From: Camelus dromedarius
Lineage: Eukaryota
Reading direction: 5' to 3'
Assembly (NCBI RefSeq): GCF_036321535.1
Contig: NC_087436.1
Span: forward strand, 8,432,001 to 8,496,000
Length of the DNA: 64,000 nucleotides
Below the pieces are notes generated by a model. The model was not told where the DNA came from, made no database searches, and saw nothing but the letters and a program-made list of their open reading frames with translations. The stretch's first letter is position 1, and each line of letters starts with the position of its first letter. This document shows, in pieces, positions 40,401-52,468 of this stretch. A program made the position numbers and the translations under genes.

Positions 40401-43118
40401 TTCTATTAGCTTTTGACTCACATATTTTAACAGTCTGTTGTTAGATGTATACATGTTAAGGATTGTTTTGTCTTTTTGGAGAACTGACTCCTTTATCATT
40501 GTGCCAAGCTCTTCTTTGTCCCTGATAGCTTTCTTTACTCTGTCGTCTTCTCCATCTGAAATTGACTTAGCTACTCCTGTTTTCTTTTGATTAATGCTAG
40601 CATGGTGTCTGTGCCTCTGTCCACTTACTTTTAATCTATATTTGTCTTTATACTTAAAGTGGGTTTATTTTAGACAATATATATTTGAGTCTTGTTTTTT
40701 AATCCACAGTTACAATTTCTATTTTTTAATGGATACATTGAGACCGTTAATGTTCAAAGTGCTGATTGATGTAGTTGGATTACTATCAACCATATTTGTT
40801 ATTAGTTTCTAATTTTGTTTTTTATTCCTACTTTCCTCTCCCATTCTCTCTTTCTGCCATTATCTTAATTAGGCATTTTATATAATTCCATTTTCTCTCT
40901 TTTCCTTGCATATTAGCTATGCTTTAAAAACTTTGTTGTGGTTGCCCTGGATTTTGCAATATACATTTACAGCTAATCCAAGTCCACCTTAAAATAACAC
41001 TATTCTACTTCATGGATAATGTGAGTACCTTATAGTAACTAAATCATTATAATTCCTCCCTCCCATTCCTTGTATCATTGCTATTATTCATTTCACTTCT
41101 ATCTAAGCATACCTAGGCATATATAGAGATAAACGTATACATATACTATATATGTATGTATACATATATATATATATCAGATATGTACACAAGCATGCAT
41201 AATTGAATATATTGTTGCTATTGTGATTTTGAACAAACTGTTCTCTCCCAGATCAATTTAGAATAAGAAAAGTAAAAGTTTATATTTTAATTTCCTGTAT
41301 TCCACCTTTGATGCTCCTCCAGGTTTCTCATGTTATTTTCAGATATGATATATTATTTATATATATGTGATATTGTATATATATGATATTATATATTATT
41401 TTCTTTCTCTCTAAAGAAAAATTTTTAAACATTTCTTTTAAGTACAGTTTACTGGCAAAAAATCCCCTCAGTTTTATGTGTCAGAGAACATCTTTATTTG
41501 TCTTTTACTTTGGAAGGACAGTCTCACAGGGTGGAGAATTCTAGGTTGATGGCTTTGTTTTCCTCAGCATTTCAAATATTTTCACCCAGCTCTCCTCCTG
41601 CTAACATGGTTTCTGTGGAGAAGTCATATATAAATCTTGCCTTTTCTCCGCAATGTGTAAGGTGTTTTCTCACTCTCTGGTTTCTTTTAAGAGTCTTTCT
41701 TTCTTTCATTTGAAAATAACATGCCTAGGTCTAGCTTTTTAGGCATTTTTCCTCTGCTTGGTGTTCTCTGACTTTCTAGTATCTGTTTGGTGTTTGATAT
41801 TAATTCAGGGAAATTCTTGGTCATTATTGTTTCAATTTTTTTTTCTGTTTCTCATTCTGTTTTTCTCTTGGTACTCCCTTTATAGGAATGCTATATGGTT
41901 TATGGCTGTCCCATGGTTTTTGGATATTCTGTTCTTTTCTTTTTTTTTCAGTCTTTGTAATTTTGTACCTTTTAGTTTCAGGAGTGTCTGTTGATATATC
42001 CCTGAGCTCAGAAATTCTTTCCTCAGCCATGCCTAGTCTACTAATAAGCCCACCAAAGACATTCTTCATTTTTGTTGCAGTATTCTTTTATCTCTAGCAT
42101 TTCCTTTTTGTTATTTCTTAGGATTTCAATCTCTCTGCTTACATTTCTCATTTTTTCTTGCATGCTGTGTAGTTTATTGATTACAGCCCTAGCATATTAA
42201 TCTTAATTATTTTAAATTATTGTCTAATAATTCCAACATTCTGGCCGTATCTGGTTCTTATGCTTGTTCTTACTCCTTAATTTTGTTTTTATCTTTGTTT
42301 TCTTTGCCTTTTATATTTCTTGAAGTTTTTTTCTTGATGACTGGAAATGGTGGACTGAGGAAAAGCAACTATTATAAGTAGGACTTTAGAAATGTGATGA
42401 TAAGGTGTGGAAGGAGGAGAAATGGTTCTACAGTCCTATAATTAGCTCCCAGTCTTTCAGTGAGTCCATGCCTCTGGACTGTGAATTTCACAAGAGCTTC
42501 CCAGTCTCCCCAACTCCCACTCTTTCAGATGGAACTGAGCAGCTCGAGTGGGCTGGAGTTGGGTACTGTCCTTCTCCTGGGTCAGTTATGCACTGATAAT
42601 ATCTCCAGTAGGTTAGACTCTAGTTAACCAGTTTGTCCTGAGAGCAGACCTTTTTAAGAAAAACTGAAAGATCTGGTATGTCTCACAAGGATTCCTTTCC
42701 TCCACTCCCTGCTGAAAGCCAGTGGAGCATTTTCTCCAGTATTTACTGTAAGATCTTGGTCAATCTTTTGGAAGTAAAACTCACAAAAATGTGGGGCCCC
42801 TATGACTGGGTCTCCCTGCAGGTTGTAATTCTCAGACTTGTCCTCTCTGAACCACAAGCAATTTGTAAACTCCTGTTCAGTTTCTCCTATCCCAGCAGTG
42901 GTTACTCTGAGTTTTCTGCTAGTGAGCCCTGGTTTGGTGATATATGACTCCCTGTCTGTCTCACCAATCTTGGGAGTAGTGGTTTGCCCTGTTCCTTCAC
43001 CTCCATTACGGATCTAAGAAGTATTATTGATTTTTCAGTCTGTTCAACTTTATATTTATTGTTAGAACAGAGTGGCAACTTTCAAGCACCTTACATGTGA
43101 AACTGACAACTGGAAATT
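37408..43118 (-). mobile_element. L1MC1-like LINE-1 spanning 3' UTR to 5' UTR with internal deletions
   Basis: Antisense L1MC-type 3' UTR (ttttaggttcacagcaaaaattgag); ORF2-like peptides ([22 protein letters not shown]); ORF1-like peptide (GLISRLGMAEERISELRD); 5' UTR-like end near 43100. Confidence 0.9.
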
Positions 43119-44169
43119 TCCATTTGTTTTTTTTTAATTCTTTCCCCTAGATATTAACACAACCAAACAACGTTCTTAGAAATTAGTATTTTCAAATTCC
43201 CTATTGACTTTTCTGTAACAAATAGTTTACATAGATTTGAGGACCGCTGCATCCTAGAACCTTACCTAAGTTTATGTATATGAAATGCTCCACTTCAGTG
43301 GGAACACTTGCTTGGATTTTGCTGCCTTTATCACAGAAGGATATTTACCTTCATTATTATTACATCTTTTCAATCATTTTTAAACAGTTGGGAATTTTTG
43401 CCTCTGAATTTTTCTAGGAAAATAAACATAATCACCATAAGGATATTTGAATGTTTTGTCAAGGTTACCAATGCTGGGCCCTAAGTGCTATTTGACATCT
43501 ATGGTATTTATTTACCTCCACACCACACTTTCTCCACTCTCCTTTTTTTCTCTTCATATTAGCCACAAACTACTCCAGGCAAATAACCTTACATCTTACT
43601 TTAACTGAGCCTCTATTCTCCCATTCACACAGTCTATAAACCTAGTAAACAGATTTTATTTCTGTTTTCTTCTTTGTCACTAATATACAATCTCAATCAC
43701 TTTGGATCTATACTTTCTTTACAATTAATCTCTTGTTCATATATATATATTTTTTTGCTTTTTAATTTCTTTACCAATTTAATTTTTTCCTGAATTTTAG
43801 AACAGTCCCTTGGAGTATCTCTATTTTAATTTAATTGTATTCAAGTTAAAGTCTAAGTACTCTATTCAATTATCCTTTTTAAAGGACTATTTTCATTATA
43901 AGCAACATATTTTAAACTTTCAAAAGCACACCATATTGATTACTGTAAAGCATTTTATCTTCTCATCTCGTGTTAAACACCACTATTATGTGTTCCTGTT
44001 TATCTCTCTGGTGCATTTTGATGACTCCTAGAATAACTATCAACTTTGTCCACATAATCCCTCCACTGTTTCTGAATATAATCTATTCTTTCTTTTCACA
44101 TAATATTATTAGTGTTTAAATTCCTTCCTCTTAATTTAATGCAAGTTCACATATGATTTTAAAAAAATC

Positions 44170-44800
44170 AGTAAATTTCAAGTGGACTAAGACCTTAAAT
44201 ATGAAAAACACACTTTAAAAATTTCTACTAAATTGGAATATATTTAAGTCAATTTAGATGCAGGGAAGAATTTCTTAAACTAACTGTACAAATCATAAAA
44301 ATAAAGATTGATACCTTTGATTGCACTGAGGTCTGGAGTATCTTTTTATTATTAAAAAAAATGGAATACAATGAACATGAAGTAGAAGAAAATATTTGAC
44401 TCACATGTAATCAAAAATTTCACTTATTGCATTCCTGTCTATTGGTAAGAAAAACACAAACATTGCAACAAAATGTTGAGCTAACGTCATGTTCAAATAT
44501 TTCACAGTGGAAAAAAAAATAGATAGATAATAAAGGTAAAACCTTTTCAACTTTATTATTAACCTGGAAAATACAAGCCAAAGACCATTGAATTGCATAC
44601 CATTTTATTTCTACCAAATTGAAAATTAAAACAATAAACACCAATAGAAAAAAAAGGAAAAATACAATTGTTAATGAAATAAAAAACAATAGATAGTGTA
44701 ATCAGAGTATAAATTGATGTGAATAATTTTGAAAATGACTTGGTATTACCAAGTTGCAAATATGTCATTTTATTCTTTGAAATATTCTTGCATATCTGTG
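44170..44800 (+). mobile_element. Highly decayed L1ME-type ORF2 fragment
   Basis: Motifs agggaagaatttcttaaac and aatcataaaaataaagattgata. Confidence 0.55.
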
Positions 44801-45089
44801 CCAGTAGATATGCATAAGGATTCTCATAACGACCTCCTGTTAGTTCTTGAGACACAACGTCTCTGCCTTTCCATGTACTAGTTGATTTGAATAGAATTCT
44901 CTTCACTTACCTCTTTATATCTCTGGCTTATCCTTATAATTCTAGACAGTGTCCCTTCCTAAGACAGAACTGCACAATGTCCCTAACCAAAAAGTCAATC
45001 TGTATGGCTTGGATTATCTATAGGATTATTTGATTATTCACAGACATTTATAGGATTACTTGCTGTGGTCCCCTTTTCCCCATTGCACA

Positions 45090-45212
45090 GTTATCTAAAT
45101 TTTATGGAGTCAGGAGCTATTCAATCTTGTTTATCACTGTATCTTCAACACTGAGAAATGCATCTAGCACAGAGTAGGCATTCGACATGTATTCATGAAA
45201 TAAATGGATAAA
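45090..45212 (+). mobile_element. LINE-2 3' end
   Basis: tcttgtttatcactgtatc...ctagcacagagtaggcattc...tgaaataaatggataaat. Confidence 0.7.
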
Positions 45213-46294
45213 TATATGATAGAACAAGTGAATAAACTAATACACCCTGCTATTGAATATTGCTAGATATTTAACTAATGCTTTTTAATTACATCACATA
45301 AATTGCCTGATTATTTTTCCTTCAGATATCTAACTTATGTTCAAGTCATGGCATTTTTTTTGTCTTGATTAGCAAAGACTTGGTATTTGACAAAATATGG
45401 TGCCAAATACAAGAGTGATTGTGTTAGCAAATGGTTTCAATAGAATAGATCTAAACGTCTTCGTTGGTCTGCTTTTGTAAAGCATTGAGGTATTTCAGGG
45501 GAAATGTGTAATCATTTTCCTCTCATGAAGGGTCATTCAGCTGGATAAAAATAATTGGCCCAACAGAGCTTGGGGAGTGGTGCCATACCCCAGTTATAAA
45601 ACTGTTTACACGGGGAGATTGCTTGATATAAGCAACACCAAACCTGTTTGCAAAAGCCATATTAAAGACATCTAGGTAGGGAGAAAAAAACTAGCAGAAT
45701 AAATCCTTTGAGAGACAGTTATTAAACTCAAAATATGTATTCTTCTAAACTACTTTTATATGCTAATCTAACTTTAGCATTGCTACTGATTTTGAAACAG
45801 GGTTAATGCACTTAAAGGAAGTTGTAAATATTTGTTCTTATTGTAAAATTGGAGGATTAAAGCTACTTAAAGAAGTCAGATTTGCCTCGATGAAATAAAA
45901 TGAGGATGGGAAGTGGGAAGTAATTATGAGCTGATGCATTTTACATTATTCCCAGGTTCTGCTTTCAGTATTTTTTCGTCTTCCTTCCCTTTATTCTCAG
46001 AGAAGCTATAACTACACTTTCCCTTATCAGCGTTGTCCTTACAAACTTCGGATTGCATGAGTACTAAGTGCCTTCCGTGATTTATAGTATTTTTCGCAAA
46101 ATGGAAACATCATTTAATAAAGAGATTAAACATAAATAGATTGAGGCATAGAAGTGAAAACTAACTTTAAAATGCCACACCAAAAAGTAAGTAAATAAAC
46201 AGGCAAGACGGCTGCTTCCAAATTAAAGAATCCAGTAAAAATAAAGCCACTCCTGGATCTGTTCAGTCGTTTGCTTGTTTTATTATTTTTTAAG

Positions 46295-46418
46295 ACACAC
46301 TTGATGGATTCTAACAAAAACTCTTCTATGGCAAACCAGTGTCTAAAGAACAAAAATGATGTGATGAATCGAATTCCTCAGAGTTTCAACAATCAATATA
46401 AGAAACTGCTGACACACG
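46295..46418 (+). other. Candidate internal exon (124 nt), product unknown
   Basis: Acceptor ttgcttgttttattattttttaag and donor CG|gtgagt; frame 0 is open for 41 codons; non-repetitive, CpG-retaining context; no homology recognised. Confidence 0.3.
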
Positions 46419-47359
46419 GTGAGTGTGTGGGTTAGTCAGCTATTTCAAATGCTCTTCTTCGAGAAACTTCGACAGCAGGACATGCAGTGGGGAGCCGGAC
46501 CAGTCGCTGGCAAATCATACTTGCTCATCTGTTGATGAGAACGAGTACGAGGAATCAGAGCATTTGAGACGATTTAAAGTGTGTATAACCAACCTGGAAG
46601 ACTATACGTTTTAATGGCTATATGTAAATTAGAAGTATCCTGAACTAGCTAAAAAAAAAAAACCAAAAAACAAAAAAAGCCTGGATGTCATTGGATTTTT
46701 AATTTTCTTTGATTTTTTTCAAATCATTACTTTTAGCATAAGGAAAGTCTGCTAGTGGATAACAGCAATGCAAGGTGCTTATCTTTTGATCATACCACTT
46801 TGTAAGAAATAGCATATAAGTTCCCACTTTTAATTAAGGGTTAGGCATTTAATAGATTGACTTAAGGGCCTTACTGTAATGCTAAATTAGTTATGAATAT
46901 TGCAACCCATGAAAGGTTTCTGTAAATCATTCACTGATTTGTGAGAATTTAAAAGAAATTTAAAAGAATAACTACAGATGGACTAAAGACAAATTTTATT
47001 ATTTATGAAACATTAGAGCTTGTGAATTTTAGCCACTCTGCTGCTATTAATGTGATCAAATCACAAAATATTTGACTGATTCATGAATCTTAATTATAGA
47101 ACCTGCCACCCTGGGAATAAAAAAGAAACGGTCCAGTTTCTTGCCTTCATGGACTTCTGTTATGAAGTCGTTAGTTTGAATAATTATTAAAACTCCACCC
47201 ACAGCTTGGTGTCTGCTTTTCTTTAAGATTGTGGGTGATATTGGCAAAATATTGGGCATGAATAAAAATTATTGCAAATGCTAGCTGTGGGTTCTCTTTT
47301 AATGGGATGCAACATCCTGTAATGGATAATATTTAAATAGCTCATGTAACCTTAGTTTA

Positions 47360-47520
47360 AGAGCAAATGTGGCACTGATAAACTTTTACCTTTTGACTGG
47401 GTAATCTTATTTAACTTCTCCTCTTGGTGCATTCATTTCCCCTGGTTTTAAAAATAATGATAATGAGGTCTGCCTCAGAATGTTATTTTTATAATATAAC
47501 ACAATGCACTGAGAACTGAG
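47360..47520 (+). mobile_element. MIR fragment
   Basis: tgggtaatcttatttaacttctc...tttcccc...taaaaataatgataatg, MIR-core-like. Confidence 0.5.
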
Positions 47521-47591
47521 TGATACTGGTGTCACTACAGAATATATAGATAGATAATGTATATTTGTATAAGCATATATATATATGTGTG

Positions 47592-48137
47592 TGTTACAAA
47601 ACTCAGGTTCGACTGCTCACTGCTCAAAAGCCAGTAATTCAAGAGGCAAGAGTCTATAGAAAGGAAAGCTGCTTAATCAGAAAAGCTGGCAATCTGGGGA
47701 GAAGGTGGACTCATGTCCAGAGACCAAGTCTGCAGATTCTGCTCAGCTGTGACAGTTTTTAAGGGAAAAGTGGTGGAGGTTGAGGGGGGGTCGATCTCAG
47801 TGAATCACGGAGGCAGGAGGTTGGATTCTGCTCCATCTCCATTGCATGCAGACTGGCAGACTCTCTCTTTAAGATGTTATCTTGCTCATGTGATCTGCCT
47901 GCAGGATTGCCAAGGGGGCTGTTGAGGATTGAGAGCTAAATATTCTTTAACTGCTTAATTCTTCATTCTTGCTTTTTTTTCCATATAGGAGAAGAATCAA
48001 CCGGTTAGACAGGGCATGGTGTGCAGTCAGGAGACATAGGTCAGGAGTTAGTTCCAATTGCTTTGTGATCTCATTCCTATAATTAGGTCCTTTCAAGGTT
48101 AGAAGGGGACAGGAAAAGGACAAAATAACTGCTTTCA
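47592..48137 (-). mobile_element. Solo LTR (ERV1-like) inserted in a TA/TG-rich tract
   Basis: TG...CA termini (tgttacaaaactcaggttcg...ctgctttca), about 546 bp, with an abrupt rise in GC; the TSD is obscured by the flanking dinucleotide repeats. Confidence 0.7.
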
Positions 48138-49056
48138 TATATGTGATACATATATTTATAGATTATCTTAAACTTTTATAATGTCATCTTATTTAAGGAA
48201 ACTTTATTTTATTAAAAAACTTAAAACAATAGATTAAATATTATCATCATGATCACATGTATCAGGTTTTCCAGGATTATCTCTATTTAAAATATTATTT
48301 TCCATCACTCCCATGACTGTCATCAGTCTGTTCACACCTGTGAGATTTATAAGGCTTGATTGTTACAAATGCCAGTGTTATGATGGAATAAAAATTAAAA
48401 TTCAGTAGGAAGGATACTGTGTAGATAAAATCAATATGACTACACTCTAGCATTACTTACCTTTTCTGCTATTATTCATAAATGGTAACATTTTGTTTTC
48501 ACAAAATATTGAATCAGGCAACACAAGGTATTTCTAAAACGTTTCATACAAAACAAAAAGAGCTCTGCGTGTCACAATTCTAGTGCCTAAAAAGGATTAC
48601 TGAGATGAAATAAAGTTAAATAGCTTACTCCATTGAGTATTTAAGGATGTCAATCATTGCATCAATAAGAGGTAAATATGAGTAAGGAAAGACTCTCTCA
48701 GGTAGTTTTTTAGAATAAACAAAAAGTACAGCTCTCAAGCTGTCTTGCTGAGTGCTATGCTAAGAGGCTTAACTGTCTCAAACACTTTATTCCTGCACAT
48801 ATGATAAGTCATATTTAATATCACTCTTCCTAGAAAAAGCAAACCTAGAGAGTGAATTAAATAAAATACAGAGGGTCTTCGTGCTGAATTTGCAATATGT
48901 GACAACAAAAGGAATATCCAAAGGCTTTCCTGAGTCCTTTAGGTCTGCATACTTGGCAGGATATCCTATATAAACATAAATGAATATTTAAATCAAATCA
49001 TAGATTACGAACACAATTTAGTTGCTGTTGTGTCTGTCTCAGAAAAACGTGAGAAT

Positions 49057-49575
49057 TGTGAATGAAAAATATTGCCCATCATATCAGTAAACAAGGGCTG
49101 TTGCAGCCGTCAATCTGTCACATTGTAGCCGCCCCCAAAGGTGACCCTGAGGGAACTCAGGATGGAAACAGGTTGCCTGTGATCAAGCCATCAGCCACTG
49201 CAGCCACCCACAAAGGTGCACCATGAGGGGACTCAGGATGGAAAAGAACAAGATACTGGTCCTAGAAGGCTATGGTGCAGATCAAAGGAGTGATTCCAGT
49301 AAGTGCAGGCTCTTGCATCTTCCCATACATAGAAAAGCACTAGATTCCTTAACTTGAATTATCTGGTTTTCTTTACTTAACTATAATCTCTTGATGTTCT
49401 GACTACTTGGTCTTTATTGCAAAACTCCTATGTATCCTGGCTCCTCCCTTACCACTTCAGAGCAGTCCCTCAGAGTGACCTGAGAGGCTGTCTCCTGGAC
49501 TTGAACTCCTCGGAAAGTCCACTGAATAAAACACAATTCTCAACTTTCAGGTTGTGCATTTTTTTCCATTTGACA
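49057..49575 (+). mobile_element. Solo LTR, ERV1-type, copy B (same family as 1885-2405)
   Basis: tgtgaatgaaaaatattgcc...tttgaca with a perfect 4-bp TSD, GAAT (49053-49056 and 49576-49579); AATAAA near 49526; 519 bp. Confidence 0.92.
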
Positions 49576-50928
49576 GAATGAATGTAATTATTGTTTTGTA
49601 ATAAAGTAAAATTAACTATTAGAATGTATTATCCTGAAAACATGCTGTTCTTCTAATTATTTATTAGTAATTGCTTTCAAAAGTAAGCTAGAAAACATTT
49701 CCATTTCCACTTGAATTTGTATTCCTCATTAGAATTGTACCTTTCCATTTCTGCTTCTTACTTATCTATGGTTTGAAAGCTGTTCCACGCTTCTAGTTTG
49801 GGGCATACTTGAGCATGCTATAACACAATAAACATTCAAATGGAGTTGGAAAAATATTTTCCACTGACTTTTTTTTGTCTTCTGTGTTTTTTATTATCAT
49901 CATAGTCTTTGCACCAAGATACACAGCAATGATACCAGGTTTCTTTTTAAAGCTTAGTATTAAATATTATATATCTTTCCTCATTTTAACTTTATATTAT
50001 TCTGCCAAGGAAAAAAAAAATAAAACTCACATTATTTGAAGCCTGGACATACATTCATATTTAACCAGTCTGTGTAAAATTTGATGGCTTTGTTATTCCT
50101 GCTGTCAGTGGAAAATATTTTTTCCAACCATCAACTTAAGGAAAAAGGGCAAATCCTACTGAATAAATAAAAAAAATTAAACAAGAAAATGACACAGCAA
50201 ATTTAAATAGAACTGCTACCCAACTGATCTGACTACCTTTATGTTTTCGAAATATTTTATGACCCCATTTATATATAAATGAATGAATTATTTAAAATAT
50301 TAAAATAAAATTAGAAATAAAAGTTTTTACAATTTTTCTAACACATAACCTAGAAATATTCTCTAAACATTTCTATGTACATAATTTTATTCCTTCACTT
50401 TTCTATGACTAGAGATAGCATAAGTTTTAAATGGTCAGGTTAAAATGTGGTTGTTAGTATCACTAAGGTTATCTCCAAAACAATTTGCTATGTTTTGTGT
50501 TTGTTTTTCAAAATAGCACTTATGATGAAAGTCAATTATTTAAAATAACTGAGTACAAAATAATGAAATATGAAAATTTCATTAAATAAAGAAATTGATG
50601 TAACTAAATCTATTTTTAACACCTCTCAACTTTCATTTAGGAGACTGAAAAGAGACAAACATAAAGGATGCTTCTCTTGTGGCCCATTGGAACTATATAA
50701 TGAAAATGATTGATCACCCTTACCTGATTTTTGTGAGAGCCTAGTTTGATAAAATACATTTGAGCTTTTATATCCTTTTGAGACTTGACTGAAGGCAATC
50801 TCAAAATAGGTACTTTTAAAGTACATAGCTTAAACTCTTTCTTTTATGATTAAAGTGAATCTTGCAAAGAACTCTGAACTGTGGAGAAAAACAGCAAGGT
50901 AACACGCCTGACATGGAAACAGGCTTGG

Positions 50929-51426
50929 TGTGAGTTTATGGAAGATTCCATCATTACTCCTAGTCCTTCACCCCCTCTCTGTAATGAGTTATACATCCAC
51001 CTAATGTTGCCATGTTCCTTTGTAATGCCTATCAGTACAGCACACAGAATATCTCCTTCCACCTTCTACCCCTCGTTTGTCATGTGACTTGCTTAGACAA
51101 TAAAATGCTAACAGATGTGATGTAAACAGAGGTTTTAAATGTGCTTGCATTGCTTGGCTTAGTCACTTGGACTTCTACCACCTGCCATGAAAAAGAACAT
51201 GTCCTGTGGAATTGTTGGTCCCCAGAATGAAGAAGATGAATGGAGAAGAATCTTAGGGTCTAACTGAGCCCGGCTAATAAGACCAAATAAGCCTAGTTGA
51301 GATCAGCCAAACTGTAGCCAACCTAAAGATCCATGAACCCAAAAAATGAACGTTTGCTGCTGCAAGCCATTGGGCTTTGGGATTGTTTGTTACACAGTAT
51401 CACCACAGCTGTAGCTGCATAATACA
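50929..51426 (+). mobile_element. MaLR LTR (MLT1H-like)
   Basis: Motifs catgtgacttgctt, aaatgtgcttgca and gcaagccattgggctttgggattgtttgttacacag; ends taataca. Confidence 0.8.
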
Positions 51427-51434
51427 GTTTGTAA

Positions 51435-51655
51435 GGTTGTGCTGAGTCAGTCAGGCTCCGGAGACAGACTGCTGGATTTGAATTCTAACTACACTGTTTT
51501 TGAATTAAGTGATATAGTTAAGTTATTGACTTACATTAGGGCCCTCTTTAAAGACAGTGAAGTGTAAATAAATTTACAGGATTGTTGTGAGAATTACTTG
51601 GGTTGAGATATATAATGTGTTTCAAACAATACCTCAAATGTAAGTGTTTGCTACA
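51435..51655 (+). mobile_element. MIR SINE
   Basis: ggctccggagacagactgctggatttgaattc...acaggattgttgtgagaatta. Confidence 0.7.
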
Positions 51656-51804
51656 TATAAATAAGTTACAATTCTTGATAAAGTCTAAAATTTCACATAA
51701 TTTCACCTAGAATGGTGATCTTTATGTAAAAACAAAAACATATATTAACCTTTAATGTTTAAATATAAACAGTAATGCTAGCTGTTTATAAATTATATAC
51801 TTGA

Positions 51805-51842
51805 GTGTGCGTGTGTGTGTGTGTGTGCGTGTGTGTGTGTGT
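51805..51842. repeat. Interrupted (GT)n microsatellite
   Basis: Read directly from the sequence; two GC interruptions. Confidence 0.95.
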
Positions 51843-51994
51843 ATCTAAATCTCAATGTAAGAGCCAACCTGCAATGGCTCAGTGTTTTAGTATTTCTCTA
51901 AAGTATCACACTATACAGAACATTAAATTGGATGGCCACAGATATTTGGGTGGAGTAAGATATTGAAAATTCTGAACAGAAAGTTACCAAAATC

Positions 51995-52468
51995 TGTATT
52001 ATTTCCCTATTGCTACTGCAATAAATTATTATAAATTTAGTGGCTTAAATGATACAAATTTGTTATTTTACAGTCAGGAGGTCAGAAACCCAAAATGGGT
52101 CTGACTGAACTAAAGTAAAGCTGTTCTCAGGGTTGTAGTCCTTCTGGAAGCCCTACGTCAGAATCCACTTGCTTTCTATTCAATCCTTTAGACGTGGCCC
52201 GCATTCTTGGACTGGTGGTCCATTCTTGCATCTTCCAAGTCAGCACTAGCAGCCGCCATCTCTCTTGTTGTGGTTCCCTGTCCCAATTTAAGGATCTTTG
52301 TGACTACATTGAGGTTACCCAGATAACACAGAATAGCCTCTATCTTAAGGTCAGTTGGTTGCAAACTTAATTCCATCTAATTCTCCCCTGCTATGTAATC
52401 TCATATTTCCAGTTTCTGGAGATTGGATATAGCTATCTCTGAAGTCGGGGGACACTATTCTGCCTACA
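51995..52468 (-). mobile_element. MaLR LTR (MLT1D-like)
   Basis: tgtattatttccctattgct...tagtggcttaaa...ggaggtcagaa...ggggacactattctgcctaca. Confidence 0.88.

Noticed and set aside
37408..43118. Retrotransposition-competent L1 (also considered for 12457-18310 and 20567-23720)
   Set aside because: All have numerous stops, frameshifts, deletions or truncations.
1885..49575. A single giant provirus or LTR-flanked composite element
   Set aside because: Each LTR has its own TSD, and no PBS, PPT or gag/pol/env sequence is evident inside them.
50722..50790. Minus-strand exon with a CAG|gtaagg donor
   Set aside because: The polypyrimidine tract is weak, the peptide is unrecognisable and there is no other support; such sites are expected by chance.
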